Below, piece after piece: positions 26,184 through 33,721 of a stretch of DNA of 52,293 bases (positions are counted from its first letter, which is position 1; each line of letters starts with the position of its first letter). The notes under the pieces are model-generated. The model was not told where the DNA came from. It did no database searches and saw nothing but the letters and a program-made list of their open reading frames with translations. The position numbers were made by a program, and so were the translations under genes. This DNA is from Gaiellaceae bacterium (GTDB lineage: Bacteria; Actinomycetota; Thermoleophilia; Gaiellales; Gaiellaceae): the NCBI GenBank assembly GCA_035262005.1, contig DATFTK010000214.1:1-52293 (forward strand), given 5' to 3'.

Positions 26184-26965
26184 GCCGCGAGCACCTCTTC
26201 GAGGCGGCGCCTGACCCCCTCGTGGTCGACGGCGTCGATGCCGAGCTCGCGCTCCAGTCGCGCGAACAACGCGGCGGTCGCTCGGAGTGCAGTCCCGACG
26301 GCCGCCGCGTTGTACGTCGCATAGCTCTCCTCCAGGGCGAGCAGGACGTCAGCAGGTGCCCAGCGCTCGAGGAACCGCCCGTCGTGCCAGGGGCCCGGGT
26401 AGCGGACGTGAAGCAACGCGACGACCCGCGACTTGAGGTAGCAGTCGCACATCTGCTTCGCGTAGTAGACCTCGCCGCGGCGAAGCTTCTTGGCTGCCAG
26501 CAGGAGGTGGTACCAGACGTCGTGTGACAGCCGCTCGAGGTCGGGCGTGGTGGCCGCAGGCTCGACGCCGGCAAACCGCTCCGCGAGATCGAGCTCGTCG
26601 TACAGAATCCGGAAGCCGCGCGCGATCACGCGGGCGGTTTCCGGATCGGAGAGGAGCTGCGGAACTGCGGTGGTCGGCACGAGCGCGAAGTCGACGTCGA
26701 GCCCGGAGTCGAAGAGCACCCGGCGTTCCAGCTGCCCTCCCGTTGCGGTGCCCTCGATGAACGTCAGCAGTGGCTGTCCGAACGCCTCTAGCCAAGCGCC
26801 CGACCCGACATACGGCGTTGGGTCGTCGACGAAGAGCACGACGTCGGTGTCGGAGAACTCGTCGGCCGGAGTTTCGGTGCGCGCCTGTGACCCGACGAGC
26901 ACGGCAGCGTGCACGTCGTCGCGGGCAGCAGCCCACTTCGCGATCTCCCTCAGAAGCGCGTCCAT
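26180..26965 (-). CDS. aminoglycoside 6-adenylyltransferase (ANT(6)/AadK)-family nucleotidyltransferase
   Basis: ATG at 26965 within track ORF 26180..27235. VLVGSQARTETPADEFSDTDVVLFVDD parallels the GSR...D.FQDYDI motif of AadK-type enzymes. The C-terminal helical domain has VWYHLLLAAKKLRRGEVYYA. Confidence 0.75.
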   Translation of the reverse strand: MDALLREIAKWAAARDDVHAAVLVGSQARTETPADEFSDTDVVLFVDDPTPYVGSGAWLEAFGQPLLTFIEGTATGGQLERRVLFDSGLDVDFALVPTTAVPQLLSDPETARVIARGFRILYDELDLAERFAGVEPAATTPDLERLSHDVWYHLLLAAKKLRRGEVYYAKQMCDCYLKSRVVALLHVRYPGPWHDGRFLERWAPADVLLALEESYATYNAAAVGTALRATAALFARLERELGIDAVDHEGVRRRLEEVLAA

Positions 26966-26995
26966 CCTCGACCGAGTCTCCCTGCACCAGCGGAC

Positions 26996-27904
26996 GTGAC
27001 CGACCTCCTCCCGGAACGGATCAAGGCGGGTGTCGCCGAGATTCCGGCGGTGTTCCAGCGGACGCCGCAGTTCGTCGCCGAGCGGCTGTCGCTCGAGCTC
27101 GGGCGTTGTGCCGTCGTCAAGGTCGAGACACTCAATCCGATCGGGAGCTTCAAAGGGCGCGGCACCTCGCTGCTCACGCGAGAGCTCGACCCTGCGCGTG
27201 AGTGGGTGTGCTCGACTGCGGGCAACTTCGGGCAAGGCGTCGCGTTCGCCGCGCGCCAGCGCGGCGCGAAGGTTCAGGTCTACGTCTCGCCGGCGGTTCC
27301 GGGCGGCAAAGTGGCGAGCATGCGCCGTCTCGGGGCGACCGTCGACGTCTGTGATCGCCCGACCGAGGTCGCACGCGAGTATGCGGAGGAGACCGGCGAG
27401 CGGCAGCTCGTGGTGGACGGACTGGATCCCGCGATGGCCGAAGGTGCCGGCACGATCGGGCTGGAGCTCGCGGCTGCAGGCCCGTTCGACGCCGCCGTCG
27501 TGCAGCTCGGTGACGGCGCGCTGATCAGCGGCGTCGCCTGCTCGCTGAAGAGCGCCTCGCCGCAGACGCGCGTCATCGGAGTGTGCGCGAGCGGCTCGCC
27601 GGCGATGGCGCGGAGCTTCGCCGCCGGCCGTCCGATCTCCGACCCAGGGACCGGCACGATCGCGACCGCGATCGCGATCGAGGAGCCCGTCCCCGAGTCG
27701 TTCGCTCGTGTGACGGCGCTCGTCGACGACGTCGTGCTCGTGGACGACGACGAGCTCCGTGCTGCGATGACGCTGATCGCCGACGCGCTCGGCGTGCTCG
27801 TGGAGCCTGCAGGAGCGGCCGGTGTCGCCGCGCTACGCCGCTACGGCGACGAGATCTCCGGCGAGCGGGTCGCGGTCATCTTGACCGGCGCGCTCGGGAC
27901 GTAG
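26996..27904 (+). CDS. PLP-dependent threonine/serine dehydratase-like enzyme
   Basis: PLP-lysine motif ETLNPIGSFKGRG. I chose GTG 26996 (VTDLLPERIKAG...) within track ORF 26909..27904, so the start is uncertain. Confidence 0.8.
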   Translation: MTDLLPERIKAGVAEIPAVFQRTPQFVAERLSLELGRCAVVKVETLNPIGSFKGRGTSLLTRELDPAREWVCSTAGNFGQGVAFAARQRGAKVQVYVSPAVPGGKVASMRRLGATVDVCDRPTEVAREYAEETGERQLVVDGLDPAMAEGAGTIGLELAAAGPFDAAVVQLGDGALISGVACSLKSASPQTRVIGVCASGSPAMARSFAAGRPISDPGTGTIATAIAIEEPVPESFARVTALVDDVVLVDDDELRAAMTLIADALGVLVEPAGAAGVAALRRYGDEISGERVAVILTGALGT

Positions 27905-28806
27905 CGCTCGCGCAAGCCGGCGGCCGCAGAGCGGGGATGGGCGCCGGCGTCGAGCACCTGCTCGAGCGTGACGCTCGCGAACGTCGACTCGTCGGCGAGC
28001 AGCTCCCGGTAGCGGGCGCAGAGATCGGCGACGTCGGTGTTACCGGCCGGATGGACGACGACATAGCGCGCCCAGGACCAGGCACCGCTCTCGTGCTGAA
28101 GCATCGAGAGCAGCAGCAGATGCTCGAGCCACATCACTGCCAAGTCCGACCTGCCCTTGACGCGCTCGAGGGCGCCCCGCGCGAACACGCCCGAGCGCTT
28201 TGCGACCTGCAGGTAACGCCGCATGTTCTCCGGCTTCGGCGTCTCCGGCTTCGCCCGCTCGTGGTACTTGACGTCGACGCCGACGATAGCGCCGCCGTCC
28301 AGGACGAGGGCGGCGTCGAAGGCACGCAGGCTGTACAGGTACGCGGGGTCGAGCCATCCGGGTGAATGAACGAAGCGAAGCTCCCGGACGGCGCCTGGAG
28401 CGTCCGGCCACCGGCTCGCGACGAACCGGTCCGCGTCGACGTCGCCGAAGAGGTTGAAGGCCAGCGCCTCGGACCAGAGCAGGTCGGCCCAGAGGCGCTG
28501 GTGGTCGAAGCTCTGGCGCGGCTCGGCGTGCGCCGTCCTTGCCCGAGCCGCGGCGAGCGCGCCGGCACTGATGAAGTTGGCGCCCCGCTCGCGCGCGTAG
28601 TCGAGCGGCAACCGGCTGCCGACGAGTCGCGCGGGCTTCCCGGGCTTCGGAACGATCGGTTGCGAGCCGATCGGGTGTCCATGTGCCTCGCGCCACTGCG
28701 CTTGGTGAAGGCGCAGCAGACGGCGGAACTCTGTCATTGCCGGGCGGCCCGGAACTCGATCCTCCGCCTCCCAGCAGTGCGCCGCTTCGAGCTCCGCCTG
28801 GTCCAC
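27841..28806 (-). CDS. uncharacterised protein with a PD-(D/E)XK nuclease-like core
   Basis: 321 aa with a GTG start 3 nt after the HAD stop. Ordered motif: WSE(113)ALAFNLFG ... FD(164)AALVLD ... IVGVD(178)VK(180)YHE. The DVK codons are at 28267..28275. Confidence 0.55.
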   Translation of the reverse strand: MDQAELEAAHCWEAEDRVPGRPAMTEFRRLLRLHQAQWREAHGHPIGSQPIVPKPGKPARLVGSRLPLDYARERGANFISAGALAAARARTAHAEPRQSFDHQRLWADLLWSEALAFNLFGDVDADRFVASRWPDAPGAVRELRFVHSPGWLDPAYLYSLRAFDAALVLDGGAIVGVDVKYHERAKPETPKPENMRRYLQVAKRSGVFARGALERVKGRSDLAVMWLEHLLLLSMLQHESGAWSWARYVVVHPAGNTDVADLCARYRELLADESTFASVTLEQVLDAGAHPRSAAAGLRERYVPSAPVKMTATRSPEISSP

Positions 28807-28809
28807 GCG

Positions 28810-29457
28810 CTAGCTCCGTAACCGCGGCAGGAGCTCGTCGAGCGTGGGAATCACGGCCGTCGCGAGCTGCAGGGCGTCAGCGGACGGCGGGAATACCTGG
28901 TTCGGCACCGCGATGACCGTCATGTCGGCACCGGCTGCCGCGCGCAGGCCGTTCGTCGAGTCCTCGACGGCAGCGCAGTCCGTGGGCGCGACATCCAGAC
29001 GGCGCGCGGCCTCGAGGTACACGTCGGGTGCCGGCTTCCCGCGTGGCACCTCTTCCGAGGAGACGGTCGCTGCAAAGTACTGCTTCAGCTGCGCCAGCTC
29101 GAGCACGAGGTCGATGATCTCGCGGTTCGACGACGAGGCGAGCCCCAGCGGCCACCGCTCCGACGTCGCGATGACCGCCTCGCGCGCGCCGGGTAGGAGC
29201 GGCAGCTGCTCGCGGTAGAGCCGCTCCAGGCGCTCGACCACCGCCGCCGAGATCGCCGACGGCTCGAGGTCGACGCCCAGCTCGTCGTGCACGTAGCGCG
29301 ACCACTCAGGAGCGCTCATTCCCATCATCGCGTGCGTGGCGTCGTCGGTCCACGTGCCGCCGCGTTCCGCGACGAGCTCGCGCCTGGCACGGTCCCAGAG
29401 CTGCTCGGAGTCGACGAGCACGCCGTCGAGGTCGAACACGACTGCGGCGATGTTCAT
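28810..29457 (-). CDS. HAD-superfamily phosphatase (beta-phosphoglucomutase-like subfamily)
   Basis: Motif I VVFDLDGVLVDSE. 215 aa. The ATG directly abuts the upstream stop (TAGATG). Confidence 0.85.
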   Translation of the reverse strand: MNIAAVVFDLDGVLVDSEQLWDRARRELVAERGGTWTDDATHAMMGMSAPEWSRYVHDELGVDLEPSAISAAVVERLERLYREQLPLLPGAREAVIATSERWPLGLASSSNREIIDLVLELAQLKQYFAATVSSEEVPRGKPAPDVYLEAARRLDVAPTDCAAVEDSTNGLRAAAGADMTVIAVPNQVFPPSADALQLATAVIPTLDELLPRLRS

Positions 29458-30510
29458 CTACGACGAGCCGATGAGGTCGCGATCCCGCTGCCGGCGACGG
29501 TCCTCTTCGTGCCGGAACCACGGCGGCAGGTCGAGGACGAGGAACTCGGACAACGCCTGCGCATTCGGCTCGTACTCTCGGCGCAGCCGGTCGAGCTTGC
29601 GGCGAGCCGTCTCGCGATCGACGTTCGCCACGGTCGACCGTTCGACGACCGCGAAGAGATCCTCGAAGTCGGCGTCCGAGAGCCGGTCGACCGAAACGGG
29701 CTCGAGGTGCAATTGCAGCGCGAGATCGGCGAGTGCGTGGCGCCCGATGCGAAACGTGAGATCCGCCGCTTCGGTGTCCTCGCTCGCGACCGTCGCCTTG
29801 ACGAATGCGGAGACGTCGACCATCGCCGTCAGCGCGGCGAGCCAATTCTGGTTGACGTGCTGCGACCGGTACCACATGAGCAGCGGATAGCTGAGATGAG
29901 TCTCCATCAGCTCGGCCGCCCACTCCTCCCACGCGCGCAAGTCTCGCTCGAGGTCGCGCCAGCGGTCGCGCCCTGCGGCGCGGTGCAGCAGGGTCGCCGC
30001 CGCCGGCGGCGAGCCGCCGCGCGTCGCGAGCTGCGAGACGGCCGTCTCTCGCCGCGAGAACGCGGAGTACACCGAGGGCATGTAGCCGATCACGATGAAG
30101 AGCACGCCGAGACCGGTCGCCGCCTCGGCCAGCTCGATGATGTGCACGGCGGTCGAACCGGAGACGCCTTCCGCGCTGAGGAACACGCCCGAGCTGATCA
30201 GAAAACGCGACCAGAACGGGTTCCCCGCGACCGCATACTCGAGCAGGCCGTAGCCGATCAGCAATGCGAGTGACCACACGATCAGGTTGACGAGCAGTGC
30301 GAGTGGCCCGAAGAAGCCGAGCAGCGTGTCGGCGGACGAGGGTGAAAGACGCCGTGCGACGGCGCGCCACGGGCGCCAGAGCAGCCGCGTGAAGCCCCGC
30401 GCGATCCGCGGATCGCGCCTGACGCGCCGCGGCAGCAGGAACGTGACGAAGAACTCGCTCACGATCAACCAGATGAGCAGCACGCCCGCGATTCCCGCGA
30501 GAACCCGCAT
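29458..30510 (-). CDS. membrane protein with a K+-channel-like core lacking a selectivity filter, plus a cytosolic C-terminal domain
   Basis: 350 aa. N-terminal TM helices flank FLISSGVFLSAEGVSGS at the position where channel relatives carry ..T(T/V)GYGD. The roughly 170-aa soluble C-terminus has no recognisable motif. Confidence 0.65.
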   Translation of the reverse strand: MRVLAGIAGVLLIWLIVSEFFVTFLLPRRVRRDPRIARGFTRLLWRPWRAVARRLSPSSADTLLGFFGPLALLVNLIVWSLALLIGYGLLEYAVAGNPFWSRFLISSGVFLSAEGVSGSTAVHIIELAEAATGLGVLFIVIGYMPSVYSAFSRRETAVSQLATRGGSPPAAATLLHRAAGRDRWRDLERDLRAWEEWAAELMETHLSYPLLMWYRSQHVNQNWLAALTAMVDVSAFVKATVASEDTEAADLTFRIGRHALADLALQLHLEPVSVDRLSDADFEDLFAVVERSTVANVDRETARRKLDRLRREYEPNAQALSEFLVLDLPPWFRHEEDRRRQRDRDLIGSS

Positions 30511-30519
30511 GCGGAGATG

Positions 30520-31356
30520 CTACGGCGTGATGTGGAGCACTGCCTTGCCGGAGATCGTGCGCGCCAGCAGCGCGTCGATCGCGGCGCCGAGCTCCTGCCA
30601 GGGCGCCTCGAGCTCGACCGGAGCCTCCAGCCGTCCGTCCTCCAGCAGGCGGACGAGGCGCGCGAGCGCGTTCGCCGCGTTCATGCGCGGCAGCTCGTCG
30701 AACAGGTTGAGCGTGTAGATCCGCGCGCCCGGTGCGCGGTCGAAGCGCGCCGCACGGAACGTGACGACCTCGTCGGGACTGCCGGTCGCGAGGTTCACGA
30801 CCAGCCCTCCCGGCGCGACGTGCTCGATCGCTGCAGTGAACGACATACCGCCGACTGCGTCGACGACGAGATCGAACTCGCCGTCGATGCGGTCGCCGCG
30901 TCCCGGCGCGGTGACGTCGGCTCCCGCAAGCGTCGCGAGCTGGACGGCATAGCGGCCGACGCCGCCGCGTCCGCCGGTCACGAGCACCTGCTTGCCGAGC
31001 AAGAGCCCGCCGAGCTCGAGCGAGCGCAACGCGGTCAGACCGGCAGTCGGCAGGGTCGCCGCATCCGCGTCCGACACACCGGCCGGGAGGATCGCGAGCT
31101 GGGAGGTCGGCACGGCCGCGAGCTGCGCCCACGCTCCACGCCGAATCACGCCGACGACGCGCTCTCCCTGCTGCGGCCCGGTGCCGTCAGCCGCGGCACG
31201 TTTCACCACGCCGGCGAGATCCCAGCCGGGCTCGGCGGCCGCGTCCAGCACCTCGCCGCGGTTCAGCGAAAAGGCGCGAACTCGGACGAGCGTCTCGTGC
31301 GGTAGCGGCACCGGGTCTGCGGCCGTGACGATCTCTGTCGAGCGGACCGCGAGCAT
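30520..31356 (-). CDS. short MDR-family (quinone oxidoreductase-like) dehydrogenase
   Basis: 278 aa. GroES-like N-terminus ([15 protein letters not shown]) and Rossmann motif [18 protein letters not shown]. Confidence 0.75.
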   Translation of the reverse strand: MLAVRSTEIVTAADPVPLPHETLVRVRAFSLNRGEVLDAAAEPGWDLAGVVKRAAADGTGPQQGERVVGVIRRGAWAQLAAVPTSQLAILPAGVSDADAATLPTAGLTALRSLELGGLLLGKQVLVTGGRGGVGRYAVQLATLAGADVTAPGRGDRIDGEFDLVVDAVGGMSFTAAIEHVAPGGLVVNLATGSPDEVVTFRAARFDRAPGARIYTLNLFDELPRMNAANALARLVRLLEDGRLEAPVELEAPWQELGAAIDALLARTISGKAVLHITP

Positions 31357-31360
31357 CGCG

Positions 31361-31795
31361 TCAGCGTGCGGCTGCCGGCCGAAGCCGCAGACCGAGCTCC
31401 TTCAGCAGCGAGATCGTGACGGGCGGATGCCGCCGAGCGAGCTCCAGGACCGGTTGCCGCGGCAGTTTCATCACGTGAAGGTCTCGCTCTGCGACCACGA
31501 ACAGCGAGTATGGCTGCCCGCCGAGGACGCCGAGCTCGCCGAAGTAATCGCCCGTTCGCAGCGAGAGCAGTGTCGGCCGAAGCATCGTCGCCTCGCCGCC
31601 CAGGATCACGTAGAGCGAGTCGCTGCCGGCCGGGGTCGAGCTGATGCTCTCGCCTCGAGCAAGCTCGGCGAACGTCGCGCTGCGGACGAGCTTGCGCAGG
31701 TGCCGCCTAGCGACCTGGGCGAACAGTGGAAACGTGGCGAGCACGTCGGCCCAGTCCCTCTCCGTCGGGCTGTCGTCGTAACGGAGAAGGCTCAT
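31361..31795 (-). CDS. stand-alone cyclic-nucleotide-binding-domain protein with a degenerate phosphate-binding cassette
   Basis: C-terminal 144 codons of track ORF 31361..32869. Has [14 protein letters not shown]...[21 protein letters not shown]. The canonical cassette is FGE..L....R(S/T)A; here the Arg position is Tyr. Confidence 0.75.
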   Translation of the reverse strand: MSLLRYDDSPTERDWADVLATFPLFAQVARRHLRKLVRSATFAELARGESISSTPAGSDSLYVILGGEATMLRPTLLSLRTGDYFGELGVLGGQPYSLFVVAERDLHVMKLPRQPVLELARRHPPVTISLLKELGLRLRPAAAR

Positions 31796-32019
31796 CACGC
31801 CGCCTCCTGCTCTGCAAGGTGCGCGAACGGATGGTGGAACGCGTCGAGCGCGCGATCGGCGGCGACCGGAAACGCGATCGTCTCCGCCGTGTCCGTGTGA
31901 TGGACCTCGATCGTCGTGCTGTTGTCGCGGGCGTCCCAGTAGAGCGTGATCTCGAGGCCGCCGTTGACGCGGCGGGCGAGCTCGCGACGCGGGACGATCG
32001 TGAGCGTTGCTGTGTTCAT
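31795..32019 (-). CDS. 74-aa hypothetical protein
   Basis: SD (AAGGGAG) 7 nt upstream. The stop overlaps the cNMP-binding gene start by 1 nt. Product is MNTATLTIVPRRELARRVNGGLEITLYWDARDNSTTIEVHHTDTAETIAFPVAADRALDAFHHPFAHLAEQEAA. Confidence 0.6.
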   Translation of the reverse strand: MNTATLTIVPRRELARRVNGGLEITLYWDARDNSTTIEVHHTDTAETIAFPVAADRALDAFHHPFAHLAEQEAA

Positions 32020-32037
32020 GCCAGCTCCCTTTCGGAT

Positions 32038-32071
32038 GCCGGCGGAGCCGACGCGTGCCGGCTCCGCCGGC
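32038..32071 (-). terminator. 13-bp GC-rich hairpin between the secreted-protein gene and the six-gene operon
   Basis: GCCGGCGGAGCCG(32038-32050), loop acgcgtgc, CGGCTCCGCCGGC(32059-32071). There is no U-tract. It ends 18 nt before the ATG at 32019. Confidence 0.4.
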
Positions 32072-32079
32072 CTCGTGAA

Positions 32080-33033
32080 TTAGCCCGCGATCGTGAAGCT
32101 CTCGCGGACGACGTTGGAGATCGGCCTCTCGTTGCCGGTGGCGACGGCAGGGGCGGTCCCGCTGACGGCGTATGCGGTCAGCGTGGCCCGCACGTTCTTC
32201 CCGAAGAAGCCCGGCGACGTGACGATCCAGCTGTGGAAGGTGTGCCGCAGGCCGCCGATCCGCGCGACGTCGTTGATCTGAAAGACGCCTGCGAGGTTGG
32301 TCTGTGCGCCCTGGAGCGGCGTGCCGGCGATCGTCGGGGTCGTCGAGAGGAGCACGACGAGCCCCGGCGCGGCCGCATTCGCCCCGGGATGGAATGCCGC
32401 ACTGTTCGGGTCGATGAATGCGGGCTTGAAGCGCGAGAGCAGCGCATTCGCCTGCGCGTTTCGTGCCTGCAGGGAGAGATCGACGGTGAACGTCCCGCCG
32501 CTGCCGGCGCTGTCGCCCGCCCGCGGTGAGATGACGCTCAGCTTCAGCGGCGCCGAGTTGTAGGCGTCCGCCGACATCGTGCTGGCCTTCCGGACCGCGC
32601 GGCCGGCAGCCGAGAGCGGATCCCAGCGGCCGCCGAACCCGGTCAGGCCTTCGCCCTTCGTCTGGCCCGTCTTGGCGTCCTGGACGAAGTAATAGAGGGG
32701 ATGGCCGGCATAGGTGACCTGCATGCGACCGTCGCTGCGGCGGCTGGTGCCGAGCAGGTTCGCGTGGGCTCCTGCGCCTGCCATCGGCCTGCCTTGCGTG
32801 ATCAGCGGAGGCCAGTACCCGGCGCAGTCGCCGTAGCACGTGCTCTTCGCCGACCTGTCGTGCGCCCACATGTACAGCGTCTTGCCGTGGGAGTCGACGA
32901 GGATCCGGCCCAGATTGCTCGGGCCGATCTTGACCGCCGCGCCGCTCTGGCCCGAAGCCACCGCGGAAACGGCCAGGACTGCCGCGGCGGCCAGCGCGCC
33001 TGCGGCGATCCCGAGTGACTTGAGGTATCGCAT
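32080..33033 (-). CDS. secreted protein: COG4315-like (Yx(FWY)xxD repeat) N-terminal domain plus an unknown C-terminal domain
   Basis: Signal peptide MRYLKSLGIAAGALAAAAVLAVSAVASG. Has LVDSHGKTLYMWAHD...CYGDCAGYWPPL...GHPLYYFVQD motifs. About 190 further residues have no motif I recognise. Confidence 0.7.
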   Translation of the reverse strand: MRYLKSLGIAAGALAAAAVLAVSAVASGQSGAAVKIGPSNLGRILVDSHGKTLYMWAHDRSAKSTCYGDCAGYWPPLITQGRPMAGAGAHANLLGTSRRSDGRMQVTYAGHPLYYFVQDAKTGQTKGEGLTGFGGRWDPLSAAGRAVRKASTMSADAYNSAPLKLSVISPRAGDSAGSGGTFTVDLSLQARNAQANALLSRFKPAFIDPNSAAFHPGANAAAPGLVVLLSTTPTIAGTPLQGAQTNLAGVFQINDVARIGGLRHTFHSWIVTSPGFFGKNVRATLTAYAVSGTAPAVATGNERPISNVVRESFTIAG

Positions 33034-33051
33034 CTGTGCTCCTTCGTGTCC

Positions 33052-33071
33052 GAAACGCTCCGTAGCGTTTC
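33052..33071. promoter_or_regulatory. candidate TetR operator (perfect 8-bp inverted repeat)
   Basis: GAAACGCT-ccgt-AGCGTTTC. Related CGCTACG direct repeats lie at 33103..33109 and 33113..33119, the second followed by TTTC. All sit in the 106-bp divergent region. Confidence 0.4.
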
Positions 33072-33139
33072 TATTCGCTCTGACCGTAACAGGACCGAGT
33101 CGCGCTACGCAACGCTACGTTTCGTTCTATACTCGAGCC

Positions 33140-33721
33140 ATGGCCGAAAGCCCACGGAAAGAGCGCTCGAAACAGGCGATCCTCGATGCGACGCGCGAGC
33201 TCCTGGCCGACGACGGCGGAGTCGGGAGCCTGACGGTCGAGGCGGTCGCCGCGCGCTCCGGCGTCGCGAAGACGACGATCTACCGCCAGTGGCGAGACAA
33301 GTGGGAGCTTGCGCTCGACGCGGTGATGATCGACATGCTGCCGGGCTTCAGGACGCCGGTCGACGTCGGCGACACGAGGAAGGAGCTAGTCGTGTTCATC
33401 GACTCGGTGGTCAAGAATCTGTCCACGCCGCCGTCGGGGCCGGCGATGCAGGGCCTCGTCTCCAAGGTCGCGACCGATCCCGAGCTCGCGCGTGTCTACC
33501 GTGAGCGCGTCGTCGAGCCGCGCCGCGAGGTGCTCAAGCCGGTGATCGACCGCGGCGTCGCCCGAGGAGATCTTCGCCCGGACACCAACGTCCGCATCGT
33601 CCACGAGCTGCTCGTCGGCCCGATCTTCTATCGGCTGCTCTTCAGCGGCCCGCCGATCAACCGAAGGCTCGGCGTCAGTCTCGTCGACGCAGTCCTCGAC
33701 GCGTTCGCTCCGCGCGGCTAA
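33140..33721 (+). CDS. TetR-family transcriptional regulator
   Basis: C-terminal 193 codons of track ORF 32840..33721. HTH motif LTVEAVAARSGVAKTTIYRQWRDKWEL. Confidence 0.9.
   Translation: MAESPRKERSKQAILDATRELLADDGGVGSLTVEAVAARSGVAKTTIYRQWRDKWELALDAVMIDMLPGFRTPVDVGDTRKELVVFIDSVVKNLSTPPSGPAMQGLVSKVATDPELARVYRERVVEPRREVLKPVIDRGVARGDLRPDTNVRIVHELLVGPIFYRLLFSGPPINRRLGVSLVDAVLDAFAPRG

Noticed and set aside
27658-27683. The short gatcgcg-type tandem repeat (gatcgcgaccgcgatcgcgatcgagg).
   Set aside because: It lies inside the PLP-enzyme CDS and encodes IATAIAIEE. It is too short and is not spacer-interrupted, so it is not a CRISPR or regulatory repeat.
29306-31132. A 608-aa minus-strand ORF. The 595-aa ORF at 37344..39131 and the 339-aa ORF at 41930..42949 are of the same kind.
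   Set aside because: They are out of frame with, or antisense to, genes that have clear family signatures. The translations are dominated by R, G, A, P and D.
27841-31795. A cNMP-binding protein plus a nuclease-like protein as a Pycsar/CBASS-type system.
   Set aside because: No cyclase or CD-NTase gene is present in the window. The cNMP-binding cassette is degenerate and the domain is not fused to an effector. I kept it only as a speculative analogy in the findings.
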